Shown here: positions 7,331 through 17,222 of the stretch, piece after piece | Numbering within the stretch: the stretch's first letter is position 1 | How the letters are laid out: each line of letters begins with the position of its first letter | DNA from: a virus | Direction: 5' to 3' (one strand) | DNA length: 64,000 nucleotides | IMG/VR virus record: IMGVR_UViG_3300009370_002293 | Location: 1-64,000 of that record | Notes under the pieces: model-generated | Databases searched by the model: none | What the model was told of the DNA's origin: nothing | What the model saw: the letters and a program-made list of their open reading frames with translations, nothing else | Made by a program: the position numbers and the translations under genes

Positions 7331-7800
7331 TTTTTTAGTTTGTAGAATTTATGGTTTCCAATAATACACACAGGCTTTTTGCCCTTTGCCCAATAAGGAT
7401 TCGACCTACGCGCACAATAATGGTCTGCGCCTTTTACATGGTCACTTTTTAATTGTGACAAATTAACAGCCAAAACTTTCGCCCAATAGCCGGCGTCAGT
7501 TTCCAAAAGTTTCGGAAGCTTTGCACGGTTGGGGTCTTTTATATTCCAACAGGAAAATTGTTTACGCTGCAAACACACTTGTGCGGGCGTTAAGTTTCTA
7601 TTCGTGGCACGTTGTTTAATAACACACGCCACCGCATACATCCCCGCATACCCTTCCCCCCGCGCCTCGCCAAGCAATGTCATTGCAACAATTTTTTGAG
7701 AGTCCGTCAAAACGCTTTGGCCTTGGGAAAAGGATTGAATGGCAAAATAAAAAACAAATGCCCACAACCACAACGCTGCACGATTTTGAATTTTTTTCAT
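7327..7800 (-). CDS. SleB/Hydrolase_2-family cell wall hydrolase
   Basis: signal peptide; EARGEG..GMYAVACVI..R, QFSCWN, GADHY, PYW and IGNHKFY motifs. Confidence 0.9.
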   Translation of the reverse strand: MKKIQNRAALWLWAFVFYFAIQSFSQGQSVLTDSQKIVAMTLLGEARGEGYAGMYAVACVIKQRATNRNLTPAQVCLQRKQFSCWNIKDPNRAKLPKLLETDAGYWAKVLAVNLSQLKSDHVKGADHYCARRSNPYWAKGKKPVCIIGNHKFYKLKK

Positions 7801-7801
7801 T

Positions 7802-8224
7802 TTAAGAATCAGAGTCTAAATTTTCAGCTTTAACCGTTCCGAGTTGGTGAACGTCCGAAGGATCACGGGGACGCCACCACCTGTCAGTATTCGCCAAAAG
7901 TTTTTCCATACGTTCCTTTGCCAACGCTTTAATTTTGTGCGCGAGTCTAACGCCTTTAACCATTGGATGCAATGCAGGGGAGGCTTCTTCTCCTTCCGTT
8001 TCATTCATTACGATTGCGTGACTGCTCCTCAAAAAATACTTTTCTAACCTTTCTTTGTCCGTCCAAATGTACGAAAACGATTCTGACAAATGCGTAACAT
8101 CTTCCACGCTTTCAATCGCGCCGTGAGTAAAAAACGACCACACTTGCCGTTCAATTTCTTTGGGGTTGTCGGATTGCATACCTACCGACCATTGACTTCC
8201 ATTAGGTTGAAGAAATAATTTCAT
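7802..8224 (-). CDS. hypothetical protein
   Basis: ORF. Confidence 0.7.
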   Translation of the reverse strand: MKLFLQPNGSQWSVGMQSDNPKEIERQVWSFFTHGAIESVEDVTHLSESFSYIWTDKERLEKYFLRSSHAIVMNETEGEEASPALHPMVKGVRLAHKIKALAKERMEKLLANTDRWWRPRDPSDVHQLGTVKAENLDSDS

Positions 8225-8337
8225 AATTTTTTTTCAGTTTAGTTTGTTTAGTTATCTCGATTTTTTACAAATGCGGTAAAGACTGCACCTGTAAAAAACA
8301 CAATGGCAAATGCGATTAAATATCCCATGACTCTACC

Positions 8338-9069
8338 TTAATTAAGTTTTGACCGATTGGCAAGCACAAAACCGCTCTCGATTGCGTCATGGATAGCGGT
8401 GACGTTTGCTTTGTAAAGCAATCCAACAATTTTCCCCATAGGATCACGAAACCGCAAATCACTTTCATCGCCGTTGATAACCTCTGACCCGAAATCTTCA
8501 ACGGGCAACGCGCCAGCGTACACCACCGCAACATTCGCGCCCCTTTTCAAAAGATCACGCACAACCGAATCGGAGGTGTCCTCACTACGCGAAAACGTCA
8601 AATGATAGTTTTTCGGCAACTTGCCATTGCACCAATCTACCATCCGAGATAATGACTTAGTGTAATCATAAAATTGAAGCTCTGGAAAATGCTCCATAAT
8701 AGACGCGCCATCAATTTTGATTTTGTGCCACGGCAAATCACTTGTGCCGTTTAATCTTTCGCACGGAATTAAATCACGTTTTTTCGCCCGTTTAATAAAT
8801 GCGGCGGTTTCTTTTTTGAGTTGGGCCATGTACGTCTCACGATCACGCGCAAAAAATATGGTTTTATTCACACGCGCTTGCATAACGGGCGACATACGGC
8901 CACGCCCCGACGTAAACAAGCACGCCGCTCGACAACCTTCACTTGCGTTGGCGCACGTGTTAATTTCGCCGCTCGCATCACTAGGCGCGAGATAAGAGAT
9001 TGCCGTCATGTAACCACGTTGTTGGCCTTTAACGGTTTTTGCGTTTGTGTCGATTCCTAGAATTTGCAT
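8338..9069 (-). CDS. Gp88-like phage protein (radical-SAM-like Cys cluster)
   Basis: C..AS.GC...CL, RLNGTSD, FYDYTK, NYHLTFS and DGD..DLRF-like motifs; TTGACG-N17-TAAAAT promoter at 9080-9108. Confidence 0.8.
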   Translation of the reverse strand: MQILGIDTNAKTVKGQQRGYMTAISYLAPSDASGEINTCANASEGCRAACLFTSGRGRMSPVMQARVNKTIFFARDRETYMAQLKKETAAFIKRAKKRDLIPCERLNGTSDLPWHKIKIDGASIMEHFPELQFYDYTKSLSRMVDWCNGKLPKNYHLTFSRSEDTSDSVVRDLLKRGANVAVVYAGALPVEDFGSEVINGDESDLRFRDPMGKIVGLLYKANVTAIHDAIESGFVLANRSKLN

Positions 9070-9584
9070 AACGAGAGCGATTTTATCAAATGCCGTGGGT
9101 GGCGTCAATACTTTTTTTTTATTCGTCGCCGTACCATTCCACCATTGGCCGCGGATTGGTTGCCGCTTCACACTTGGCGCAATCGCATGGGGCATGGATC
9201 GTGGAACAACCCACGCTTAAAAATATAATAAAAAAGAATAGTAAAATTTTTTTCATTGTTTTAATCGTTGTGTGTAGGATTAGCACTTGTCAAATTATCA
9301 GAAATTTCTTAATTAAATGCAAGGCAAAAAAAGTTTTCGTAAAAAGGGGCATTTTCTCATCCGAGAAAACAGGGGAAAACACGAAAATTCAAACGAGGAA
9401 AACCTAGAAAAACAGGAGGATCCGAAAAAAATTTACCCCACTAAAAATCAAAAAATGGGCGGTAAAAAATATCACAAAATAAGAGGGCGGCGAATTTTGC
9501 CGTTTTTTTAATTTTTTCCTCAAAAACCAAATATTGGACTTTTTTGGATTTTTTGAGATTTTTGGCAATATTCTATTTTTTAAC

Positions 9585-9777
9585 TATATTTCAATATCGC
9601 GCGTTCTTAATTACTTATATTTTAGAATATCGCGTTCTTAATTACACGCCGCTTCCGCTTCCGCGCGCGCCCACACCACAAAAGTATATTTTACAAAATC
9701 AGGTTAGTAATTATATAATATTTTACAATATCCCATTCTTAATTATATAATATTTTAGGAAATCGCATTCCTAATTA
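9585..9777 (+). repeat. 29-bp direct repeat array A (5 copies)
   Basis: degenerate TATATTTT-N9-CRTT-N2-TAATTA at 9585, 9616, 9685, 9717, 9749. Confidence 0.8.
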
Positions 9778-9789
9778 GAAAAAGAAAAA

Positions 9790-9860
9790 GGCCAGTGGTG
9801 TTAAACTACCTCAACTGAAAAAGGCGTCCATGACTCTCTCATGACTCTATTCCACTGACC
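9790..9860 (-). ncRNA. candidate structured RNA, copy 1 (GAGAG-loop three-way junction)
   Basis: GGUCAGUGG/CCACUGGCC outer stem, CAUGA-GAGAG-UCAUG hairpin; covaries with the copy at 12006. Confidence 0.65.
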
Positions 9861-10077
9861 TATCGAGTGCGGGTACGTGGCGGATAACCAAACGCCGAGG
9901 CCGTCACTGATCTCATTTCCGTAACAACTCTAACCGCTCTCTAAATACCCGAGGCATCCTTAAAGGTTTTTGTAAATCCAACGGGCCTCAATAAATTCGA
10001 GATAACCTCTCCTAGCTTCCCATGACTTCACTCACCATCATAAATAATTACACTATTTAGAAGGAGTTAATTAGTAA

Positions 10078-11130
10078 TTAATTCAATTTTGTAGCAGCAG
10101 TTGGCACATCACATGGTTTAGGTAAAACAATCCTTATTGGTGTAGGTTTACTCAATGCCGCCGAGGTCGCCGCAAGGTCGCACAAATATGCTTCTATATT
10201 TTTTAAATACTCTTGGCCTTTTTTAGTTAATGCTCGACCCCCACGACCAATTTCCATAAGGCTATGTTTTTGCAAATACATTTCAAAATCTTTTTGCAAG
10301 CACGACCGTGTAAGACCTGTCTTTGAAGCAAGAAACGTAAGGCTACATTCCTTCTTCTCCTCAAGCAGACGAAGAACTTGCAACTCGATACGACTCAAGC
10401 CCAAGGGTAAAATCCCTAATGCGTGAGAGAGATGCTTCCAATCGTTTTTATTAAAATGATTTTTATTTTTAGATTTAAGAAAAGAAGAAATATGCGTACT
10501 CATTTTCTGTGCCTGACGCGCATTACCCCGAAGCACCGTTGCGATCTCTGGCAGCAGACCATCTTCAAATGTCTTGTCTTGATTTAAACGCTGAACAATT
10601 TCGCCCAACTCATCATACGAATACTCCTCCAGATCAACTCTTTCACACCTGTCCATTAACGCATGAAAAATATCCTGCGCTTCTGTCGTAGCAAACATGA
10701 AAGATTGCCTACTAAAATCAAAATCAATTACATACTCATCATACGAAAAGGTAGTACGATTATGCTCATTAGGATTTAACATAGTCAGCAACGCCATAGT
10801 TACATCCTTGGGTAATTCTGATGCCTCGTCCAAAAGCACGGTACATTCCTGTTGATGCACATGAGGAATAAGAATCTGATTAACAAATTGTTTTATATTC
10901 TTAATTGTTGAGCAATTAATCTCAAGAAAAGGTTTGGCCTTCCCCTTGCCCTTGAGATTCATTTTACTCCCCATCGCCTTGGCGAGAGTAGTTTTGCCGC
11001 ATCCCTTGGGCGCAACAAACATAAGGTGAGGCATCACATTGGTAGCGTGATAATTTTTTAAGTAAAAAGACAAACGCCGTTTGGCAACATCTTGCCCAAC
11101 AATTTTTGGAAACAGTTCAGTAGTAGTCAT
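10078..11130 (-). CDS. ruvB: RuvB-like Holliday junction branch-migration AAA+ ATPase
   Basis: IVGQD, Walker A PKGCGKTT, Walker B LLDEA, FATT, LMDR, RGNAR, C-terminal E.YL...L..GR winged helix. Confidence 0.75.
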   Translation of the reverse strand: MTTTELFPKIVGQDVAKRRLSFYLKNYHATNVMPHLMFVAPKGCGKTTLAKAMGSKMNLKGKGKAKPFLEINCSTIKNIKQFVNQILIPHVHQQECTVLLDEASELPKDVTMALLTMLNPNEHNRTTFSYDEYVIDFDFSRQSFMFATTEAQDIFHALMDRCERVDLEEYSYDELGEIVQRLNQDKTFEDGLLPEIATVLRGNARQAQKMSTHISSFLKSKNKNHFNKNDWKHLSHALGILPLGLSRIELQVLRLLEEKKECSLTFLASKTGLTRSCLQKDFEMYLQKHSLMEIGRGGRALTKKGQEYLKNIEAYLCDLAATSAALSKPTPIRIVLPKPCDVPTAATKLN

Positions 11131-11172
11131 GGTAGTTCAGTTATTATACTCGTAGTTGACGCGAGGTCAAGG

Positions 11173-11412
11173 CTAAAAATCGGTCAAGTCTTCTGACTTA
11201 AATTCGATTGGTGTGTGAGAGTTCATTTCTGCACGACCCTCTTTTGATCCAGTGCTAGTCTCTACACGCTTGCCCGTGATACCATTAGTCTCCGCAAATT
11301 TACGAGAAACTAAAATTAATGCACCCTCTTTAAAAGTCTCATTTAATATACCCAATGGGATTGAAACGAAGCTGGTTGCACCTTTTGTTTTACCCTGTTT
11401 TTTCGTTGCCAT
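11173..11412 (-). CDS. hypothetical protein
   Basis: leaderless ORF after a TTGACT..TACTAT promoter. Confidence 0.7.
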   Translation of the reverse strand: MATKKQGKTKGATSFVSIPLGILNETFKEGALILVSRKFAETNGITGKRVETSTGSKEGRAEMNSHTPIEFKSEDLTDF

Positions 11413-11489
11413 GTCCTCATAGTAGGGACATTTTTGAAATAAGTCAACATTTATTTTTATTTATTTTTAATTACTAAAAAATATAATAT

Positions 11490-11774
11490 TTATTGCGATT
11501 TATGAAAATTTTGATATTTTTCCCTCCAGTTTTCCATTGGTGCAGGAATCTTACGATTTGATTCGGCCAAGCTCATTACCTCTTTAGCAATCTCATCATG
11601 TATTTGGGCCGTTCTACCTCCCGCCTCATCGGCCTCCTCTGGGGTTAATTCTATGACAATTTCCTGTTTCCAAGGAGCAGCATTAGAAACCACATAATTC
11701 CACGCATCCTCGTACCTTAATACCAGACTATTATCTACGGGACGTTTTTTGGTCTTTTTCTTTTGGGCGGTCAT
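11490..11774 (-). CDS. hypothetical protein
   Basis: ORF from MTAQKKK. Confidence 0.65.
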   Translation of the reverse strand: MTAQKKKTKKRPVDNSLVLRYEDAWNYVVSNAAPWKQEIVIELTPEEADEAGGRTAQIHDEIAKEVMSLAESNRKIPAPMENWREKYQNFHKSQ

Positions 11775-11900
11775 GTCATTATTATTTACACTTTTTTTGC
11801 CAAAGTCAAACAAAATCAAAGTGCGCCAAAATATTTTATTTTATTTAAAAATAATCTAAATTAATCATTTTATTTAAAAATCGCGGCTCTTATATTGTGT

Positions 11901-12529
11901 TATATTTTAGTGAATTGCATTAGTAAATAGCACTATATTTTACAAAATCGCATTAGTAAATAAGCTCCATTATATTTAAGGAAATCGCATTAGTAAATAA
12001 GAAGAATAAGTGGTGTTCAATGATGGCACATACGAAGTTAAGCCCGTTCGTAACTCTCTTACGACTCTATTCCACTTATGCAAAACAAAGTAACAAATTT
12101 TTGTTTTATCCGCAAGCTATATTTTGCAAAAAATCATTCATAAATATAATAGTTTTGGCCGCACCAATTTTAATATATTTTAGCTATTTTCATTTGTAAA
12201 TAAGGCTTAATATATTTTGCTTTTTTTCATTCGTAAATAGAATAGGCTTGACATAAAATAAAATAATTTTTAATTTGATTTCACTTCAATGAACCTAAAC
12301 TAAAACTGGTTCTAGTTTAAGTTTGTTATGTATGTATTGAATTAAATAGCATATACTGCATAATAATATATGGAAAAGAATATAATTTTAAATAATTTTA
12401 AATAAATATATTTTTTCCATACCCAATTTGAATAATTATTCTTAATAAATTAAGTTCTTTACTCTATATTTTATACTATATCATTAGTAAATAGAAAGGG
12501 TATATTTTGGGCAAAAGCATTCATAATTA
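11901..12529 (+). repeat. 29-bp direct repeat array B (8 copies)
   Basis: TATATTTW-N9-CATT-N2-TAAWTA at 11901, 11934, 11971, 12118, 12174, 12211, 12465, 12501. Confidence 0.8.
12006..12079 (-). ncRNA. candidate structured RNA, copy 2, with own promoter
   Basis: AUAAGUGG/CCACUUAU stem, CGUAA-GAGAG-UUACG hairpin; TTGCGG-N17-TACTTT promoter just upstream. Confidence 0.7.
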
Positions 12530-12844
12530 AAGAAAAAACGAACAAATCCCACTCATCAAACCCTCTCTGAACCATTCCTTCATTTTCGTTTGTAAAGAAG
12601 GCATCATAGATAATTGATAGTATAAGCGCACACCCTGCAATTCCGATCCAAAGCATATAAAAAGATTCCTTTTTGCATATTACAAGGTAGGTTTTTTTAA
12701 TTAAAGGTAGGTTATGGTAATGTGTCTACTTTTTTAAGTCAGCTATAAGCATAATAAAATCATGCGCCAAACATACAAGCGCAATGCCAACAATAATAGG
12801 TAATACTAAAAGGGCGATCCATGTTACTAAAAAGCCCCAATTAA

Positions 12845-13072
12845 TTAATACTTCCATTTGTCTTTGTCCTTCCTCTTTTTGGTTAAGGTTTCACACACTC
12901 TGTTTACTATAAATTCTCGCGCAGATTCAGACTCAAGGTTCACCTGCATACCCTTATATGCGCCCAAAACGCTCTCTACGGCGTTTTTAACGTCAAGGGT
13001 GCTGTGGAGTATGGGTTCTTCTGACCCAAGGTCAGCGTAATAATCTTGCCCATTGGTATTTTTACTCATCAT
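12845..13072 (-). CDS. hypothetical protein
   Basis: ORF with AGGAG RBS. Confidence 0.65.
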   Translation of the reverse strand: MMSKNTNGQDYYADLGSEEPILHSTLDVKNAVESVLGAYKGMQVNLESESAREFIVNRVCETLTKKRKDKDKWKY

Positions 13073-13087
13073 TTTTTAATCTCCTTT

Positions 13088-14269
13088 CTATTCATAGTCT
13101 CTAATAGCAATCACATAAGGAAAACGAGGTACACCGTCAGGTGTAAGATTAAAATACTTAATCGTAGCCTCTTTGCCTATTAGTGTATCTGCTTTTTTAA
13201 GTAAATCTGCTAGATACTCAAATGATCCTTTTACATTAGAGTGAAATTCTTTACCATTTTTATTCTTAAATTTAAAGTGTTTAATTGTTCCAGCACGATT
13301 ACCATCACCCTCCTCGTAACCAAGAATTTTATATTCTTCATCTACAAACTCTTTTCTTTTAAGCAAAAGAGAAGAACGCTTATTCTCGTAAGGCCCGTCG
13401 AGTCTAATCATTTGACCTTCGTAACCATGCTCAACATATTCTCCATACAATTCGTCGAGATGCTCTTTGCTCTCTACTTCGGTAGTCTCAACAATTACAA
13501 GACAATCTTCTTTGTCTAAACCCAAATTTGGAAATTGAGCATCCAAGATTGAAGTCCTATCAGAAAATGAATCCTTCTCTGTCCAGCACTTGCTTCCTGC
13601 AATCGAATCACCTATTACTGGCGCATCATAAATATGATATTGAATCATTTCCTTACTCTCTGACAAATGTTCATCAGTAAGATTCTGCTTACGAACAAGG
13701 TGAATGATTTTGTTAAAATCATCTTTGTAAGCATGATTATACAATTCGCCATCAAGAACAGCATTGGGATACTTATCAAAAAATGCCCCCAACGCCTCGC
13801 TAATATGCGGTACAGCAGTAATTGGTTTACCAGTACGAGTAAACAATCCATCTTTCATGGCAATGCAACGTATGCCGTCCAGCTTGGGTTGAGAGAATAC
13901 AGGCGCACCAATACCCTCCTCATCAATCTCAAACATTACTTCCTTCTGACGATTCTTGTTCTTGAAGTCCTGTGCAAGCATAGGCTCATAAAAACGCTTC
14001 TTGCTGATATTCTCCACGCTCAAATGGTATCCAGCTTCCAGTTTTTTCTTATGTTTTGCCTCTGCTTCTTTAAGTGCCTGTTCCGCACCAGTAGTAGCGT
14101 TTTTCTTTCCCTCATTCTTACCTTCACAAACAGTCCAGTTGTTTGTGATCTTTTTGCCGTCCTGTTGGCCCGAAATTGTACGATACTTGTTATCCTCAAC
14201 TTCAATCGTCCAAACTTGAGTTTTCCCAATCGTAGTTTTTTTGTAAAGTGTGGGTAATGTATTTTTCAT
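13088..14269 (-). CDS. lig: ATP-dependent DNA ligase
   Basis: PMLA, motif I QPKLDGIR, LDGELY, YEGQMIR, LLKRKEF, PRFP. Confidence 0.95.
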   Translation of the reverse strand: MKNTLPTLYKKTTIGKTQVWTIEVEDNKYRTISGQQDGKKITNNWTVCEGKNEGKKNATTGAEQALKEAEAKHKKKLEAGYHLSVENISKKRFYEPMLAQDFKNKNRQKEVMFEIDEEGIGAPVFSQPKLDGIRCIAMKDGLFTRTGKPITAVPHISEALGAFFDKYPNAVLDGELYNHAYKDDFNKIIHLVRKQNLTDEHLSESKEMIQYHIYDAPVIGDSIAGSKCWTEKDSFSDRTSILDAQFPNLGLDKEDCLVIVETTEVESKEHLDELYGEYVEHGYEGQMIRLDGPYENKRSSLLLKRKEFVDEEYKILGYEEGDGNRAGTIKHFKFKNKNGKEFHSNVKGSFEYLADLLKKADTLIGKEATIKYFNLTPDGVPRFPYVIAIRDYE

Positions 14270-14468
14270 TTTATTCTCTATAATGGTTATCGTCTAGTTC
14301 TAAATCCATTGCTCCGTTTTCATAAAGTAGTCCAATTTGATCTTCCATAAAATTGGTAGCTTCTTTATAGGTATTAAAAGGCCCGTACATATCAGTGTTA
14401 TCTGCTACATAGTAAATCTCGCCTATTCTTTTAACTTGAAAGCTCATTTTTAAAATAATTTTTTTAAT

Positions 14469-14651
14469 TTAATCGTACTTAAATTCAAACTGTTCATGTG
14501 GCTTTACTTCCATAATATCAAAATGTAATGCTTTACCTCTCGCTTCATAAGCCTTACGGACTGATCTATCGTCGTTATACTTCCCCGCCGTGAGTTCCCA
14601 ACGCACAAGGCCGTCCTTATATTTAAGTTTTATCCAGTATTGAGTTTTCAT
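14469..14651 (-). CDS. hypothetical protein
   Basis: ORF. Confidence 0.55.
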   Translation of the reverse strand: MKTQYWIKLKYKDGLVRWELTAGKYNDDRSVRKAYEARGKALHFDIMEVKPHEQFEFKYD

Positions 14652-14833
14652 TGTTTAATCCTGCTTTTTACCTTGTTTTAAATAAGGGACTAATTCTGGT
14701 CTTTCCCGTTCGATCATATCCCGAATATCCATACAACGATCAAAACATTGGTCAAGAGTGTATTGATGCTCGGTGAAATCTGGGCATCTATCGTAGATTG
14801 CCTTAATTAATTCGTAGTTTCTCATCGTTAAAT

Positions 14834-15094
14834 TTATATCCCCCTCATGCCTTCAACCATGTTCATCGCTTCAATGTCTAGTGATATACGCATATCATCT
14901 AAATTCGCCCCGCATTTTTGGTCAAATGTTTTAACTGCTTCGGTACTATGTTCTAGCTCTTGCTTCCACAAAGCATTGTTAGGCAAACGCTCGCTTAATA
15001 ACTTTGCACGGTAACGAGCAACAGCAAGTATTTGCCGTATCTCAAGTGCTTGTTCGGTAGTAAGATTTAGTTTTAAGATTTCGTTTTTTTTCAT
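14834..15094 (-). CDS. hypothetical protein
   Basis: ORF. Confidence 0.6.
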   Translation of the reverse strand: MKKNEILKLNLTTEQALEIRQILAVARYRAKLLSERLPNNALWKQELEHSTEAVKTFDQKCGANLDDMRISLDIEAMNMVEGMRGI

Positions 15095-15418
15095 CGTTCT
15101 ATCTTTTCAAAGTGTCTGTCTACAATATCGAGGATGGTAGATTTTAATTCTTCAGCTTCCTCTTTATCTTCGTCTCGGCTATAAAATGCGTCCACAAATG
15201 CTTCCACTTCTGCGTGGATGTCTGCTTTAACGTCTAGTATCTTGTATCCCATAATTTTATCTCCTAATTAAATCGTTGCAATAATCTTCAACAATTTCAA
15301 TCGCCTGTCGTTCAAGGCTGGCTTGTGCTTCCTGTTGAGCATACATTATGTCGTGTTCAGCAAGGGTGTTAGCTTTTGCCAATTTTAATACAATATCAAA
15401 TGCTTCTTTGTTTGTCAT

Positions 15419-16180
15419 TTAATCCTCCAATACATAGCTCCAGTAACGGCTATCTTTTTCCCCTTGTTTTCTGTCCCACAAAATGCAACGTGCAATATAA
15501 GATGGTACTTGCCACATAGCACACATTTCCAGCCAGTGATTTTCAATGGCATTATACCGAGTGGCATCTTTAGATTGGTCAAGACCGTAGGCTTGGAATA
15601 AATGAGTATCCATGCACGTTACTTTAGCCGCATTAGGGTAAATCATTTCTAGTGCAAAGGAAACCTTCGCAATTCCTAGCCCCAAGATATTCTTTACCAA
15701 CCTGTTACGAAATTGTTGCCAATCGCCGCCTTGATACTTGTACCATTCGGGGTCTTGCCAAAATTTTTCAGCAAATTTAGAAATAAACTTTACTCGATTG
15801 TTGTGTAGACCAACCCGTGCATTTACGATTAGTTCCATTAATTTTTCATCGTTTTTAAACCAAGCAGTCCAATCTTTGATTGCTTGATACCCCTTAACAT
15901 TAGCCTCCCATGTAGTGTGTACCGACATAAAAGCAAATAACCAACGGTGAAAAACCTCGGTATCGTTTTTGGGTTCTACGGAGTTCCAGTAATCTTTATA
16001 GTTTTGAACCTCAACAACATCTAGTCTGTTGAAAAGTTTTTCTACTGAAGAAAAATCAATGTCTTTTTTGATCTTGTTGGGTTTGCCATTACAATCCCAC
16101 AAGTCAAATTGTTTTTCTTCTCTGACTACTTTAGGAGTCCCGATGAAATCAAGTTGCTTTGTGTCGCTCACCATAAACAC
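15419..16180 (-). CDS. HhH-GPD superfamily DNA glycosylase-like protein
   Basis: LVKNILGLGIAKVSF helix-hairpin-helix followed by CMDTH. Confidence 0.7.
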   Translation of the reverse strand: MFMVSDTKQLDFIGTPKVVREEKQFDLWDCNGKPNKIKKDIDFSSVEKLFNRLDVVEVQNYKDYWNSVEPKNDTEVFHRWLFAFMSVHTTWEANVKGYQAIKDWTAWFKNDEKLMELIVNARVGLHNNRVKFISKFAEKFWQDPEWYKYQGGDWQQFRNRLVKNILGLGIAKVSFALEMIYPNAAKVTCMDTHLFQAYGLDQSKDATRYNAIENHWLEMCAMWQVPSYIARCILWDRKQGEKDSRYWSYVLED

Positions 16181-16234
16181 ATGGTAAGGCTTTTTTTAAA
16201 AAAGGTCAAGCAACTTTTTTAAGTTTTTTCAAAA

Positions 16235-16459
16235 TTAAATGAGACTTTTAACTGTACCGTCAGGCCCGATTTCTAAACCCCTGTGACGTTCAATTTCTTT
16301 AACGTCAAGGCTATCAGCATTTTTTTTATCTTCTTTTTGCCATTCTTGTTCGATGAAATTAGTTAATTCCTGCACAAGACGCGCATGGTTAACCTTTGGG
16401 CTTTTACGGCTCATAAGCATAGTTTGATGAACTACATCCAGAATTTCTTTATCAGTCAT
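16235..16459 (-). CDS. hypothetical protein
   Basis: ORF. Confidence 0.6.
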   Translation of the reverse strand: MTDKEILDVVHQTMLMSRKSPKVNHARLVQELTNFIEQEWQKEDKKNADSLDVKEIERHRGLEIGPDGTVKSLI

Positions 16460-16614
16460 TTTGTTTCCCTTCTCGATCTTCTTTTGTTAATTTGCTTCTA
16501 TCTTTTTCGTTGTATTTTTCGCAGATTTTAGTCCACGCATCTTTTTCTTTTTCCCGTTTGTAAGGGTTAGCCAAAGACACTACGGGCGTATTCTTAATTA
16601 CGGGTTTGTATTGA

Positions 16615-16917
16615 CTATTCATTTTGTTCCTCTGGTAAATCTGCTACTTCTTTGCCGTTCCAATACCAAACATCATCCAACCATTCTTGGAGAATTTTTT
16701 GTTTTTTATCCATTCTTATGTAATAGAAGTCTCCAGTTACCCCTTGAAAACACCCCATGTCACATATAGGAAGCGTTACCATCTTTGGTCTACCTTTATG
16801 GTCGTAGTCATTGTGAAGCACCATACGGGCGTGTGTAGCGTGTTTTGGCGGTCTTGGAATATGAACCTGCCAATCCCGTGTGCCTACTTTTACAACTGGT
16901 TTAGCTTTGTATGGCAT
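16615..16917 (-). CDS. hypothetical protein
   Basis: ORF. Confidence 0.65.
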   Translation of the reverse strand: MPYKAKPVVKVGTRDWQVHIPRPPKHATHARMVLHNDYDHKGRPKMVTLPICDMGCFQGVTGDFYYIRMDKKQKILQEWLDDVWYWNGKEVADLPEEQNE

Positions 16918-16918
16918 T

Positions 16919-17125
16919 TCAGATAACTTGTTTAACTTTTAGCGCATCCATAAGTGTGTCCATGTTTTCGGTAACTGTAATAGGGTGATTTTTTTGACCC
17001 ATGAAATAAATCTCGGTTGCCATATCGGGCGAAACAGTAGATTTACGTTGTCTAATAAATGTGACATTATTCACATTAATGATTGCATCGTTACCATGTG
17101 TATCTGTTACTTTAAGCATTTGCAT
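16919..17125 (-). CDS. hypothetical protein
   Basis: ORF, MLKVTD..INVNNVTFI. Confidence 0.65.
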   Translation of the reverse strand: MQMLKVTDTHGNDAIINVNNVTFIRQRKSTVSPDMATEIYFMGQKNHPITVTENMDTLMDALKVKQVI

Positions 17126-17222
17126 AATGGTTAATGGTAAAAATTTTTTTGAAATTAATCAAGTGTTTTTTTTGTGATGAACTTTTTTAATAAATTTAAA
17201 TAAATAATATCCATCAAAAAAC

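Noticed and set aside
46-9750. Plus-strand ORFs in the early region
   Set aside because: Shadow frames antisense to promoter-supported minus-strand genes, or low-complexity A-tract translations.
9585-12529. 29-bp repeats as CRISPR repeats
   Set aside because: Copies are degenerate and mostly separated by 2-8 nt, not by unique spacers.
13241-14257. Long plus-strand ORFs inside the ligase gene
   Set aside because: Antisense shadows with no motifs.
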